From the IMG/VR virus record IMGVR_UViG_3300031784_000002: a DNA stretch of 64,000 nt; one strand, 5' to 3'. A model generated the notes under the pieces. The model had not been told where the DNA came from. It did not search any database and saw only the letters and a program-made list of their open reading frames with translations. How positions within the stretch are numbered: position 1 is the stretch's first letter; every line of letters begins with the position of its first letter. Shown here piece after piece: positions 1 to 8,471 of this stretch. Source of the DNA: a virus (taxonomy: Duplodnaviria; Caudoviricetes). The position numbers were made by a program, and so were the translations under genes.

Positions 1-2
1 TC

Positions 3-767
3 AATAAATTTTATTATTATCCTGAACATGAAACAGAAAAATTCGAAAACAGTATAAAAACTTTGACTCCGTATGAGGGACAAAATTGGAATCAATCTAA
101 AATCATATCTGATGTAAAATTAATAAAAGATCAAATTTGGTTATTTAATAGTGAATCAATGTGTATAACTAATGGGGGTAATTTTGATCTCGTTGTTAAT
201 ACTGCAAGTGGATTTAAATTATTCGATATTTTTAAAAATAAAAAACTCAATAATAATGGAAAAGTTATAGTCTATGATTTTAATTCAAAAAGTTTAAGAT
301 GGTACAAACATTTTCACGGTTGGAAAAATGATGATCTAATTGATTGTATTAGAAGTTTTTCGGAAAAAGATCATTTTACTTGGATAGGTAAAACGGATTG
401 TAATTATGTTGAGGATGAATCTTTTTCAAATTTATATAAAGAACTAATTGACCACTTTGGTGGAGTTAATAATTTTGTTAAATATTGGAAAATTTTTAAA
501 AAAACTCAAGTCAAATTTGCGATGGTTGATTTATATAAAGATTCTGAAAAGTTCTCAAATATTTTTGTGGGGAAAGGAAAGAAGTTTGTCAATTTGTCAA
601 ACATTTTTTCTACAGATGCCACAACATTTTTATATGGACATGTTGAAGTTCAGACTTCACAGCAAAGGTGTTTAGCTTCTTTGTATGTTGTTGATCCTGA
701 AATACAAATTTCTATTTTTGATTTTTGGGGACGAAATTTGGTTGGTAAAGTAAAAGACATATTGTAG
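3..767 (+). CDS. Hypothetical protein, 5'-truncated by the window edge
   Basis: The frame is open from position 3 (NKFYYYPEHE...) through the track start at 63 to TAG at 765-767. AT-rich; no family recognised. Confidence 0.75.
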   Translation, partial: NKFYYYPEHETEKFENSIKTLTPYEGQNWNQSKIISDVKLIKDQIWLFNSESMCITNGGNFDLVVNTASGFKLFDIFKNKKLNNNGKVIVYDFNSKSLRWYKHFHGWKNDDLIDCIRSFSEKDHFTWIGKTDCNYVEDESFSNLYKELIDHFGGVNNFVKYWKIFKKTQVKFAMVDLYKDSEKFSNIFVGKGKKFVNLSNIFSTDATTFLYGHVEVQTSQQRCLASLYVVDPEIQISIFDFWGRNLVGKVKDIL

Positions 768-768
768 G

Positions 769-830
769 GCCAGTTTGGGAACTGTCACACCCATCTGACC
801 ATCCCCCCTTCAATGGGGTATTATAGCTTC
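769..830 (+). promoter_or_regulatory. Early-type promoter with palindromic operator-like box
   Basis: GCCAGTT-TGGG-AACTGTC (769-786), then GGTATTATAGCT with a -10-like TATTAT at 819. The same architecture recurs at 56842-56900. Confidence 0.55.
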
Positions 831-851
831 AGTTGAGAAACACACCACACA

Positions 852-1985
852 ATGCCCCGCACCAAAATGACTGACGATCAAGTTTTTGAAGGTCTTAAAT
901 CCACTTATGGAGTTGAAATTACTTCTGGAGATGTCAAGGCTTATTGTGCGATGAATAATCTTTCTTATCCTACGGTTACTCGTCGTCTGGAAAACTTCAA
1001 AACTGCTCGTGGTCGTTGGAATCTTGAAGTGACTCAAGAACGTGTTCAGGAGATTGAACGCAATTTTAATAATGTCTCGGTTCTTCCTGAAGTGCATCAA
1101 AACCTTATTCCCGATAAAGATGATACCTTCGTCCAGTTTGGTAACTTTAAAGATATTAAGCGTATTATTCAGTCCCGTCTTTTTTACCCTACGTTTATTA
1201 CGGGTCTTTCGGGTAATGGTAAAACGTTCGGTGTTGAACAAGTTTGCGCTCAACTTAAGCGTGAACTGATTCGGGTCAATATCACTATTGAAACTGACGA
1301 GGATGACCTGATTGGTGGTTTCCGTCTTGTCAATGGTGAAACTGCTTGGCACAATGGTCCCGTCGTCGAAGCTCTGGAACGCGGTGCGATTCTTTTGCTT
1401 GATGAAATTGACTTGGCTTCTAATAAGATTCTGTGTCTCCAATCTATTCTGGAAGGTAAAGGTGTCTTCCTTAAGAAGATTGGTCGCTTTGTGAAACCTG
1501 CCGCTGGTTTCAATGTGGTTGCCACTGCGAACACCAAAGGTAAGGGTTCTGATGATGGTCGCTTCATCGGCACTAACGTTCTCAATGAGGCATTCTTGGA
1601 ACGTTTCCCTGTGACCTTTGAACAGGAATATCCTTCCGTAACTAATGAAGTCAAGATTCTTGAGAAAGTTGCTCAAACTTTGAATGTCAACGATCTTGAA
1701 TTTTGCAAACGTCTTGCTGACTGGGCAGACATTATCCGCAAGACCTTCTACGATGGTGGTATTGAGGAAATTATTTCTACCCGGCGTCTGGTCCATATCA
1801 TCCGTGCCTATAGCATCTTCCAAGACAAGGCAAAGGCAATCCAAGTTTGTGTAAATCGTTTCGACGACGAAACCAAACAGTCCTTCCTGGAACTGTACGA
1901 TAAGGTGGATGCTGACTTCCAGATGCCTAATATGTCACAGGAGAATGGTGTTCCCACTCCCGTTGACTTGAACGCTCCGTTCTGA
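852..1985 (+). CDS. cobS: CobS/MoxR-like AAA+ ATPase (cyanomyovirus cobS-like)
   Basis: Walker A GLSGNGKT, Walker B LLLDE, ATAN sensor and NEAFLERF; usual position upstream of the clamp genes in cyanomyoviruses. Confidence 0.85.
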   Translation: MPRTKMTDDQVFEGLKSTYGVEITSGDVKAYCAMNNLSYPTVTRRLENFKTARGRWNLEVTQERVQEIERNFNNVSVLPEVHQNLIPDKDDTFVQFGNFKDIKRIIQSRLFYPTFITGLSGNGKTFGVEQVCAQLKRELIRVNITIETDEDDLIGGFRLVNGETAWHNGPVVEALERGAILLLDEIDLASNKILCLQSILEGKGVFLKKIGRFVKPAAGFNVVATANTKGKGSDDGRFIGTNVLNEAFLERFPVTFEQEYPSVTNEVKILEKVAQTLNVNDLEFCKRLADWADIIRKTFYDGGIEEIISTRRLVHIIRAYSIFQDKAKAIQVCVNRFDDETKQSFLELYDKVDADFQMPNMSQENGVPTPVDLNAPF

Positions 1986-1991
1986 TAGAAT
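1963..1991 (+). promoter_or_regulatory. Sigma70-like promoter overlapping the end of cobS
   Basis: TTGACT-17 nt-TAGAAT. Confidence 0.55.
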
Positions 1992-2040
1992 ATGGGGAGG
2001 TAAAAAGTGCCTCCTTTTTGTTCCTTTACTATGAATTCAA

Positions 2041-2562
2041 ATGTCTGAAAACTTTGAAAGCTTTTATGAAAGTTCTATACCAAACCAAGATTTTTGGGTA
2101 GAGGATGGAATCAGTTTGACTGGTAATCCAAATTCTTCTTCTGATGCAATTCTTATTGGTTCCGGTAATATTAATCAATTCACTCTTACTGCCAATGGTG
2201 GCGGAACACTCAATCTTGAAAAAACGCCTGTTAGTATGACCGAATCAAAAAACTACCTCTGGAAATACAATGAAGATAAAATCCTTAAAGATGTTGAGGA
2301 TTATGTGACTAGTACTTATGGTAGCCACTATTGTGGACACAACCACGCCTACAAAGATATTCAGACTATTGATTTGATGGCTGCAAAGGATCTTGCTCCT
2401 GGATTTTGTCAGGCGAATATCCTAAAATATGGAAGTCGTTATGGTGATAAAGATGGTCGTAACAAACGCGATCTTCTTAAAGTAATTCACTACGCAATGC
2501 TTCTACTCCACTTTGACGGTCATTATTCTCGCAAAGATAATGGCCTTACAGAATTCCGTTGA
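2041..2562 (+). CDS. Conserved phage protein, DUF3310/T7 gp1.7-like nucleotide kinase-related
   Basis: C-terminal YxxHY...IDL...GFCQANILKYGSRYGDKDG..DLLKVIHYA pattern. The true start may be downstream. Confidence 0.55.
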   Translation: MSENFESFYESSIPNQDFWVEDGISLTGNPNSSSDAILIGSGNINQFTLTANGGGTLNLEKTPVSMTESKNYLWKYNEDKILKDVEDYVTSTYGSHYCGHNHAYKDIQTIDLMAAKDLAPGFCQANILKYGSRYGDKDGRNKRDLLKVIHYAMLLLHFDGHYSRKDNGLTEFR

Positions 2563-3254
2563 TCATGAAACTCAAAAATACATCTATGAAACTCTCTGAA
2601 AAAACCCTCTCTCTTCTCAAGAACTTCTCTGGTATCAACCAGTCTATTCTCTTCAAGAAGGGAACCAAACTCCGCACCATTTCTGTGATGAAGAATATTC
2701 TCGCAGAAGTTGAAGTAGAGGAAGAGTTTGAAAAAGACTTTGGTATTTACGATCTAAACCAGTTCCTAAATGCAATGTCTCTCTATCAAAATCCCCAACT
2801 GAAGTTTGCTAACGACAGTTATGTGACTATCAATGAGGGTAATGCACGATCCAAGTATTTCTTTGCAGATCCTGCTGTGATTGTGACTCCTCCCGAAAAG
2901 TCCATTACACTCCCGTCTGAGGATGTTTGTTTTGAGGTAAATACTCAACAACTAGATAAACTCCTCAAGGCTGCAGCAGTCTATGGTGTCCCTGACCTTT
3001 CTGTGGTTGGTGAGGCTGGTGTTGTTAAGCTTGTTGTTCGTGACAAAAAGAATGATACTTCTAATGAGTATTCTCTTGTTGTTGGTGAGACTACTGGAAC
3101 TTTTGTTCTTAACTTCAAAGTTGAGAATATTAAAATTCTCCCTGGTTCTTATGAGGTTGTGATCTCCAAGAAACTTCTTTCTCGTTTCCAGTCAGAAGAT
3201 AAGAATCTTACATATTACATTGCTTTGGAACCAGACTCAACCTATGATGAGTGA
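2559..3254 (+). CDS. gp45: Sliding clamp (T4 gp45)
   Basis: MKLSEKTLSLLKNFSGINQSI, FGIYDLNQFL, YYIALE motifs. Confidence 0.95.
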   Translation: MIMKLKNTSMKLSEKTLSLLKNFSGINQSILFKKGTKLRTISVMKNILAEVEVEEEFEKDFGIYDLNQFLNAMSLYQNPQLKFANDSYVTINEGNARSKYFFADPAVIVTPPEKSITLPSEDVCFEVNTQQLDKLLKAAAVYGVPDLSVVGEAGVVKLVVRDKKNDTSNEYSLVVGETTGTFVLNFKVENIKILPGSYEVVISKKLLSRFQSEDKNLTYYIALEPDSTYDE

Positions 3255-3271
3255 GGTAACTCACCTATATT

Positions 3272-3784
3272 ATGAACATCTTTGTGACTTCTCCCTGGCC
3301 CGCTGAAAGTGCCGTATGTCTCCCCGATAAACATATTGTCAAGATGCCTTTGGAGTGCTGTCAAATGCTCTCCATTGTTGCTTCTGAAAAGTGGGGTCAT
3401 AACTACGGCACTCTGCCTAAGACTGACGGCACTCCCTACAGAACTGAAAAGGGTGCGTTTCGTAATCATCCCTGTACCAGGTGGGCAATGGATAGTATCC
3501 ACAATGCCTATTGGTTGATTAAGTGGGGAATGAACTTGTGTGATGAGTACCAACTACGCTATAATAAAACTCACTCCTGTTACAAGACTCTTGTAGATGC
3601 TTACTATCTTTTCCCTAAAGGAAAGATCACAGAAGTGACTCCATTCGCTCGAGCGATGCCAGAAGAATGGAAATTTGATGATAGTATTGATACCTTTACT
3701 GCTTATAAAAGGTACATTGCTTCAAAACCTTGGGTATCGGACAACTACCTCCGTATGCCTGAACGTAAACCCGATTGGATTTGA
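3272..3784 (+). CDS. Pyrimidine-dimer DNA glycosylase-like protein (DenV-related family)
   Basis: MNIFV...DKHIVKMPLECCQML, NHPCTRW, AYKRYIASK pattern. Confidence 0.7.
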   Translation: MNIFVTSPWPAESAVCLPDKHIVKMPLECCQMLSIVASEKWGHNYGTLPKTDGTPYRTEKGAFRNHPCTRWAMDSIHNAYWLIKWGMNLCDEYQLRYNKTHSCYKTLVDAYYLFPKGKITEVTPFARAMPEEWKFDDSIDTFTAYKRYIASKPWVSDNYLRMPERKPDWI

Positions 3785-3786
3785 TT

Positions 3787-4737
3787 ATGAGTCGTGATGA
3801 ATTTCTGTGGGTAGAGAAATACCGCCCACGCAAGATTGAAGATTGTATTCTCCCAGATGCTAACAAGAAGACATTTTTGGAGTTTCTAAATAACAAAGAA
3901 ATTCCGAACCTGATGCTTGCTGGCCCTGCAGGGTGCGGAAAAACTACAGTTGCAAAAGCTCTGTGTGAAGAACTAGGAGTAGATTACTATGTTATTAATG
4001 GATCTGACGAAGGACGATTTCTGGACACGGTACGGAACCAGGCAAAGAACTTTGCTTCGACCGTCTCACTTTCTGCGGGTGATGCAAAACACAAAGTCAT
4101 CATCATTGATGAGGCTGACAACACAACCCACGATGTACAACTCCTTCTGCGGGCTAATATTGAGGCGTTTTATAACAACTGTCGATTCATCTTCACTTGC
4201 AACTACAAGAACAAGATCATCGAACCCCTACACTCTCGATGTGCAGTCGTTGAGTTCAGTATCAAAGGGAAAGAAAAAGCCCAGTTGGCAGGATCCTTCT
4301 TCAAGCGTCTACAGAACATCCTGGATGCGGAAGGTGTACAATACGATCCTAAAGTCCTTGCAGAACTCATCAACAAACATTTCCCCGACTGGCGACGAGT
4401 CCTAAACGAATGTCAGAGGTATTCTGCTGGTGGTAAAGTTGACTCTGCAATTCTTGCTGAATTTTCTGATGTAAATGTAAATGAACTTATCAAGAATCTC
4501 AAAACTAAAAACTTTACTGAAGTCCGAAAGTGGGTGGTCGGGAACCTGGACAACGATGCTTCTGGTTTACTTCGCAGGGTTTATGACGCCTCTTTTGATC
4601 ATTTTTCACCTTCATCTATCCCTGCTGCCGTTCTTATTATTGCTAAGTATCAATACCAATGTGCGTTCGTGGCTGACCAGGAAGTAAATCTTCTTGCAGC
4701 ATTAACTGAAATTATGTGTGAGGTTGAATTCAAATGA
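3787..4737 (+). CDS. gp44: Clamp loader large subunit (T4 gp44)
   Basis: LWVEKYRP, Walker A GPAGCGKTT, IIIDEAD, SRC motif. Confidence 0.96.
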   Translation: MSRDEFLWVEKYRPRKIEDCILPDANKKTFLEFLNNKEIPNLMLAGPAGCGKTTVAKALCEELGVDYYVINGSDEGRFLDTVRNQAKNFASTVSLSAGDAKHKVIIIDEADNTTHDVQLLLRANIEAFYNNCRFIFTCNYKNKIIEPLHSRCAVVEFSIKGKEKAQLAGSFFKRLQNILDAEGVQYDPKVLAELINKHFPDWRRVLNECQRYSAGGKVDSAILAEFSDVNVNELIKNLKTKNFTEVRKWVVGNLDNDASGLLRRVYDASFDHFSPSSIPAAVLIIAKYQYQCAFVADQEVNLLAALTEIMCEVEFK

Positions 4738-5030
4738 TTGATGTAAAACTATTTCGTATTGCAACTGGTGAAGAAGTTGTCGCTGAGTTGGTATCTCAGG
4801 ATGATAACTTTGTAACAGTAAAAAATGGCCTGGTTGTTCTTCCTAGTCCGGATGGTCGTGTGGGATTTGCTCCATGGGCTTCCGTAATTGATAAAACAAT
4901 TCCCGATCTTATTATTGCTAAAAATCATATTGTTTATATTGCAGAAGTTGATCCACAAGTCAAAAACAAGTATAATGAAATTTATGGGAGTAAACTAGTA
5001 ACTCCTGGTGAAAAGAAATTGATTCTCTGA
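4734..5030 (+). CDS. Conserved small hypothetical protein
   Basis: ATGA-coupled to gp44; KLFRIATGEEVVAEL start resembles ORFs at 7814 and 8214. Confidence 0.75.
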   Translation: MIDVKLFRIATGEEVVAELVSQDDNFVTVKNGLVVLPSPDGRVGFAPWASVIDKTIPDLIIAKNHIVYIAEVDPQVKNKYNEIYGSKLVTPGEKKLIL

Positions 5031-5031
5031 T

Positions 5032-6153
5032 ATGCAATTAGAACTTGATGATGCTGTTTACGCAGCCGATAAATTCATTGATTACTTTTCTAACATGGGA
5101 AGGATTGATGAATATCTGCGTAACATTAAACTTGAACGAATGGAACAAATGCCTTCATCCATTCTTGGGATTGGTCCTGAGGATGATATGTTTGATGCAT
5201 TTGACATGCACCCACAGGACATGAACTTTAAAGTTTATACTGCGGGGGAGAGGGGTGGATTTACAAATGAATATTTTAATGAGAGGTTGCAGATTACTAC
5301 CTCTCACGCGATTGAGGATAGTATTCCTGGTAAGTCTCTGAAGTGGATTGTACAAGAAACTAACACACAGAAGATTGTTGGTTTCTGTCGGTTTGGTTCT
5401 CCCACAATCAACTCTAAACCTCGCAATGATTGGCTTGGACAAACTCCCCAGTTGTCTAGGTTTAATCGTCATGCAATCATGGGATTCATTATTGTCCCAA
5501 CCCAACCTTTTGGTTTCAACTATCTGGGAGGTAAACTCCTTGCACTTCTTTGTTGTTCTCATACTGCTCGTGAGACGTTAAATAAGAAGTATGGATCAGA
5601 TATTTGTTCTTTTGAGACCACTTCTCTTTATGGTTCCACTAAGGCCTCATCTCAGTATGATGGTCTGAAACCTTATATGAGGTATAAGGGTCTAACTCAA
5701 AGTGATTTTACTCCTCTGCTCCATGACGAGATCTTTCAGGACTTAAACAAATGGTTTATTCAGAGGAACGACAATCAATCTCTGGTGAAGGAGGACGCAT
5801 CCAGTCGGAAACTCAAGACACAACAAAAGATGATCTCAATCATCAAGAAAAGCTTACCTTCTCAAAAGGTTGTGGAGTTCCAGACTGCGATTGCAAATGC
5901 AAAAAATCTGACTGAACAGAAGAGATTTTATATTTCAGATTATGGTTTTGAGAATGCTCGTGAAGTCATTCTTGGACAAGATGAAGTTCTGCGTCCTGGT
6001 CAAAACTATGACAAGTTTCACTTTGACCATCTTGTGAACTGGTGGAAGAAAAAGGCTTCTAATCGTTATGAAAATTTGAAGTCCGAAGGTCGTCTTCGTA
6101 CTGAACTTGAGACTTGGAACAAGAACCCCGAATCGATTGATATTATCCGATGA
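5032..6153 (+). CDS. Conserved protein, possibly DUF4338 (DruA/Mom-like GNAT-fold) family
   Basis: 373 aa; KIVGFCRFGSP, PRNDWLG, FGFNYLGGKLLA, ETTSLYG. The family call is from memory of motif pattern only. Confidence 0.5.
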   Translation: MQLELDDAVYAADKFIDYFSNMGRIDEYLRNIKLERMEQMPSSILGIGPEDDMFDAFDMHPQDMNFKVYTAGERGGFTNEYFNERLQITTSHAIEDSIPGKSLKWIVQETNTQKIVGFCRFGSPTINSKPRNDWLGQTPQLSRFNRHAIMGFIIVPTQPFGFNYLGGKLLALLCCSHTARETLNKKYGSDICSFETTSLYGSTKASSQYDGLKPYMRYKGLTQSDFTPLLHDEIFQDLNKWFIQRNDNQSLVKEDASSRKLKTQQKMISIIKKSLPSQKVVEFQTAIANAKNLTEQKRFYISDYGFENAREVILGQDEVLRPGQNYDKFHFDHLVNWWKKKASNRYENLKSEGRLRTELETWNKNPESIDIIR

Positions 6154-6539
6154 GTTACGAACTAAAAGATTATCTCAACTCCATCAACTTCGCAAAGGAT
6201 TATTTGATGGATGATGGAGATCCTCAGTGGGAGAAGAAGTATCCGGCATTTGTCGTCAACAAATGTATGTCAGGTCACATTGATACGATCATGTTTGCAA
6301 ATGAGATGAACATGAACCATCAATTACCTTCAAGACTTCAATATGATTTTTTACTAAATAGTGTCAGGAAACGGAAAAGATTTTCTCCGTGGCTTAAAAA
6401 AGAGAAGATTCAAGATCTTGATGCAGTCAAATCATACTATGGTTATAGTAATGAAAAGGCCCAACAAGCACTGAAAATTCTAACAAAAGACCAAATTAAT
6501 TATATTAAATCTAAACTTGATGTTGGAGGCAAAAGATGA
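6150..6539 (+). CDS. gp62: Clamp loader small subunit (T4 gp62)
   Basis: LKDYLNSIN, YPAFVVN, QYDFLLNSVRKRKRFSPW, YYGYSNEKA. Confidence 0.93.
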   Translation: MSYELKDYLNSINFAKDYLMDDGDPQWEKKYPAFVVNKCMSGHIDTIMFANEMNMNHQLPSRLQYDFLLNSVRKRKRFSPWLKKEKIQDLDAVKSYYGYSNEKAQQALKILTKDQINYIKSKLDVGGKR

Positions 6540-6967
6540 GTACCTTTGTTGAACCAGAAGTCAATTGGTCACAAGACCAAATGGTGGAAGTGGTTCTGAA
6601 TGAACCAGACGATTTTCTAAAAGTCCGTGAGACACTCACTCGTATCGGTGTTGCCTCTCGTAAGGAAAAGAAAATCTACCAGTCCTGTCATATTCTTCAT
6701 AAACAGGGACGCTACTATATCGTTCATTTTAAAGAGTTGTTTGCACTTGACGGCAAACATGCAAATCTTACTGTGAATGATGTACAAAGACGTAACAGGA
6801 TTATTAATCTAATTTCTGATTGGGGATTAGTCACTATTATTAAACCAGATTCCGTAACAGATGTTGCACCTTTGAATCAAATTAAAGTTCTTTCCTATAA
6901 GGATAAGGGTGATTGGGTTCTTGAGAGTAAGTATAATATCGGTAAGAAAAAGAAACCGGAAGCCTAA
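6536..6967 (+). CDS. regA: Translational repressor RegA
   Basis: DDFLKVRETLTRIGVAS, QSCHILHKQGRYYIVHFKELF. Confidence 0.97.
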   Translation: MSTFVEPEVNWSQDQMVEVVLNEPDDFLKVRETLTRIGVASRKEKKIYQSCHILHKQGRYYIVHFKELFALDGKHANLTVNDVQRRNRIINLISDWGLVTIIKPDSVTDVAPLNQIKVLSYKDKGDWVLESKYNIGKKKKPEA

Positions 6968-7096
6968 GTTTTTCGGTATACCACACAAAAGAGGATCGGT
7001 TTTGCACCCCTCCTCTTTTTTAATGTCTTGATATATAATAAGTGCGGAGTCTTCGGATCCGCAATTTAATCTAACAGACGCTTAAGGAGGTCTATC

Positions 7097-7534
7097 ATGT
7101 TACTCGCAAAGTACAACACGGCTAACATTGACAAATTTTTAAATGATATTGAAAAATATAGTATTGGAATGGATGAGTGGTTTAATCGATTTGGGACCGC
7201 ACATGAGTCCTATCACAACTACCCACCATACAATTTGATTAAGGAGAGTGAGACGGAGTTCCGTTTAGAGATCGCTCTTGCAGGATACAAAAAGGAAGAT
7301 TTTGAAGTTTTCACTGAATGGAATAAACTCTTCGTTGAAGCGAAGAAGTCGGAAACTTCTGATGTAGGGGAATATCTTCACAATGGTCTTGCAAAGAGGG
7401 CTTTTACAAGAACCTGGACACTATCTGACGATGTTAAAGTCTCTGATGTCAAGTTTGAGGATGGTCTACTCCATGTCAAACTAAATAGGATTATCCCTGA
7501 GCATCAGAAACGAAAGGTGTATGAAATCCTTTAA
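7097..7534 (+). CDS. hsp20: Small heat-shock protein Hsp20
   Basis: NYPPYNL, EIALAG, YLHNGLAKRAFTRTW, FEDGLL alpha-crystallin motifs; strong AAGGAGG RBS. Confidence 0.95.
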   Translation: MLLAKYNTANIDKFLNDIEKYSIGMDEWFNRFGTAHESYHNYPPYNLIKESETEFRLEIALAGYKKEDFEVFTEWNKLFVEAKKSETSDVGEYLHNGLAKRAFTRTWTLSDDVKVSDVKFEDGLLHVKLNRIIPEHQKRKVYEIL

Positions 7535-7709
7535 GCAGTTCTTAGAACAAGTCGGAAACATTAAACAGATTTCTTACCCTGCTGCCGTTAGGCATAAAAT
7601 CTACAATCCGTTGACTGGAAAATCAAAAGTAGTCCCTGCAGGAAAAGCTGTGCCTAAGAATCCAGGCGGGGGTGGATCTGGTAATTCCGCAGATGGTGAT
7701 GGAGCCTAA
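7521..7709 (+). CDS. Small protein with capsid-targeting-like N-terminus
   Basis: Starts MKSFKQFLEQ, like ORFs at 15947 and 20314. Confidence 0.6.
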   Translation: MKSFKQFLEQVGNIKQISYPAAVRHKIYNPLTGKSKVVPAGKAVPKNPGGGGSGNSADGDGA

Positions 7710-7740
7710 ATAATACGGGCTACCAAATATCGTCGTCGCT

Positions 7741-7782
7741 GGGGTTCAACTGGCAAAATCCAGTTGACACCCCCCTTTTTTT
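7741..7782 (+). terminator. Rho-independent terminator with embedded TTGACA
   Basis: GGGGTTCAACTGG-CAAAAT-CCAGTTGACACCCC followed by a T run; TTGACA at 7764. Confidence 0.7.
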
Positions 7783-7813
7783 GTGTTATCGTATTAGGAG
7801 GTATGGAGTAGTT

Positions 7814-8224
7814 ATGGCTATTAAATTGGCCCTTTTAAAATCGGGTGAAACTGTAATTGCAGATATTATGGAGTTGGTGGATGAAAACGAAAAGGTAGTT
7901 TCCTTAGTTTTTTCAAGTCCTTTCAATGTACGACTATTAACTCCAGAATTGTTGATGGAAAATAGTACTGGAGTACAAGGCGAAGTTGAACATAGAGTCT
8001 CATTTTATCCATGGATAGTTTTATCTGAAGATAAAAAGATTGCAGTTGATCCTACGTGGGTAGTTAGTGTAGTAAATCCGCATGAATGGATTCGGACTTC
8101 CTATGAAGAAAAAATGAATTCAAACACAGAAGAAGTTCAAACAAAAGACCTAGAAGAATCAAATAATACAGAAACTTTGATTGAAAATTTTGAAGTAATT
8201 CAGGAAGAAAACGATGGAGAGTGA
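7814..8224 (+). CDS. Conserved hypothetical protein
   Basis: GGAG RBS, start MAIKLALLKSGETVIA; the track start at 7781 is probably too long. Confidence 0.75.
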   Translation: MAIKLALLKSGETVIADIMELVDENEKVVSLVFSSPFNVRLLTPELLMENSTGVQGEVEHRVSFYPWIVLSEDKKIAVDPTWVVSVVNPHEWIRTSYEEKMNSNTEEVQTKDLEESNNTETLIENFEVIQEENDGE

Positions 8225-8471
8225 AGTTCAAGTCATTGTTCTAGTTAGTGGAACAATAATTATTTCAAGAATTGCTGCAGTTGTATCTGAACTTGGGGAA
8301 CCGGATTGTAAGCTTATTAATCCATATCAAATAATGGATGGTAAACTTATTCCATGGCTGGATGAGTTGACTGATTCAACTGATGCAATTATGATCTCTT
8401 CAGACAAAATTTTAACTTTGGTTGATCCCAAAGATACTCTACTTAATGATTATTTGACTCTTATTAAATGA
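8214..8471 (+). CDS. Conserved hypothetical protein
   Basis: Overlaps neighbours; immediately upstream of gp43. Confidence 0.75.
   Translation: MESEVQVIVLVSGTIIISRIAAVVSELGEPDCKLINPYQIMDGKLIPWLDELTDSTDAIMISSDKILTLVDPKDTLLNDYLTLIK

Noticed and set aside
810-1844. 344-aa minus-strand ORF antisense to cobS
   Set aside because: Shadow ORF of a well-supported gene; no motifs, RBS or promoter. Codon bias on the sense strand suppresses antisense stops.
852-1985. cobS as evidence of cobalamin synthesis
   Set aside because: It is a MoxR-type AAA+ ATPase; no cobT, cobN or other cob genes are in the window, so no pathway claim is made.
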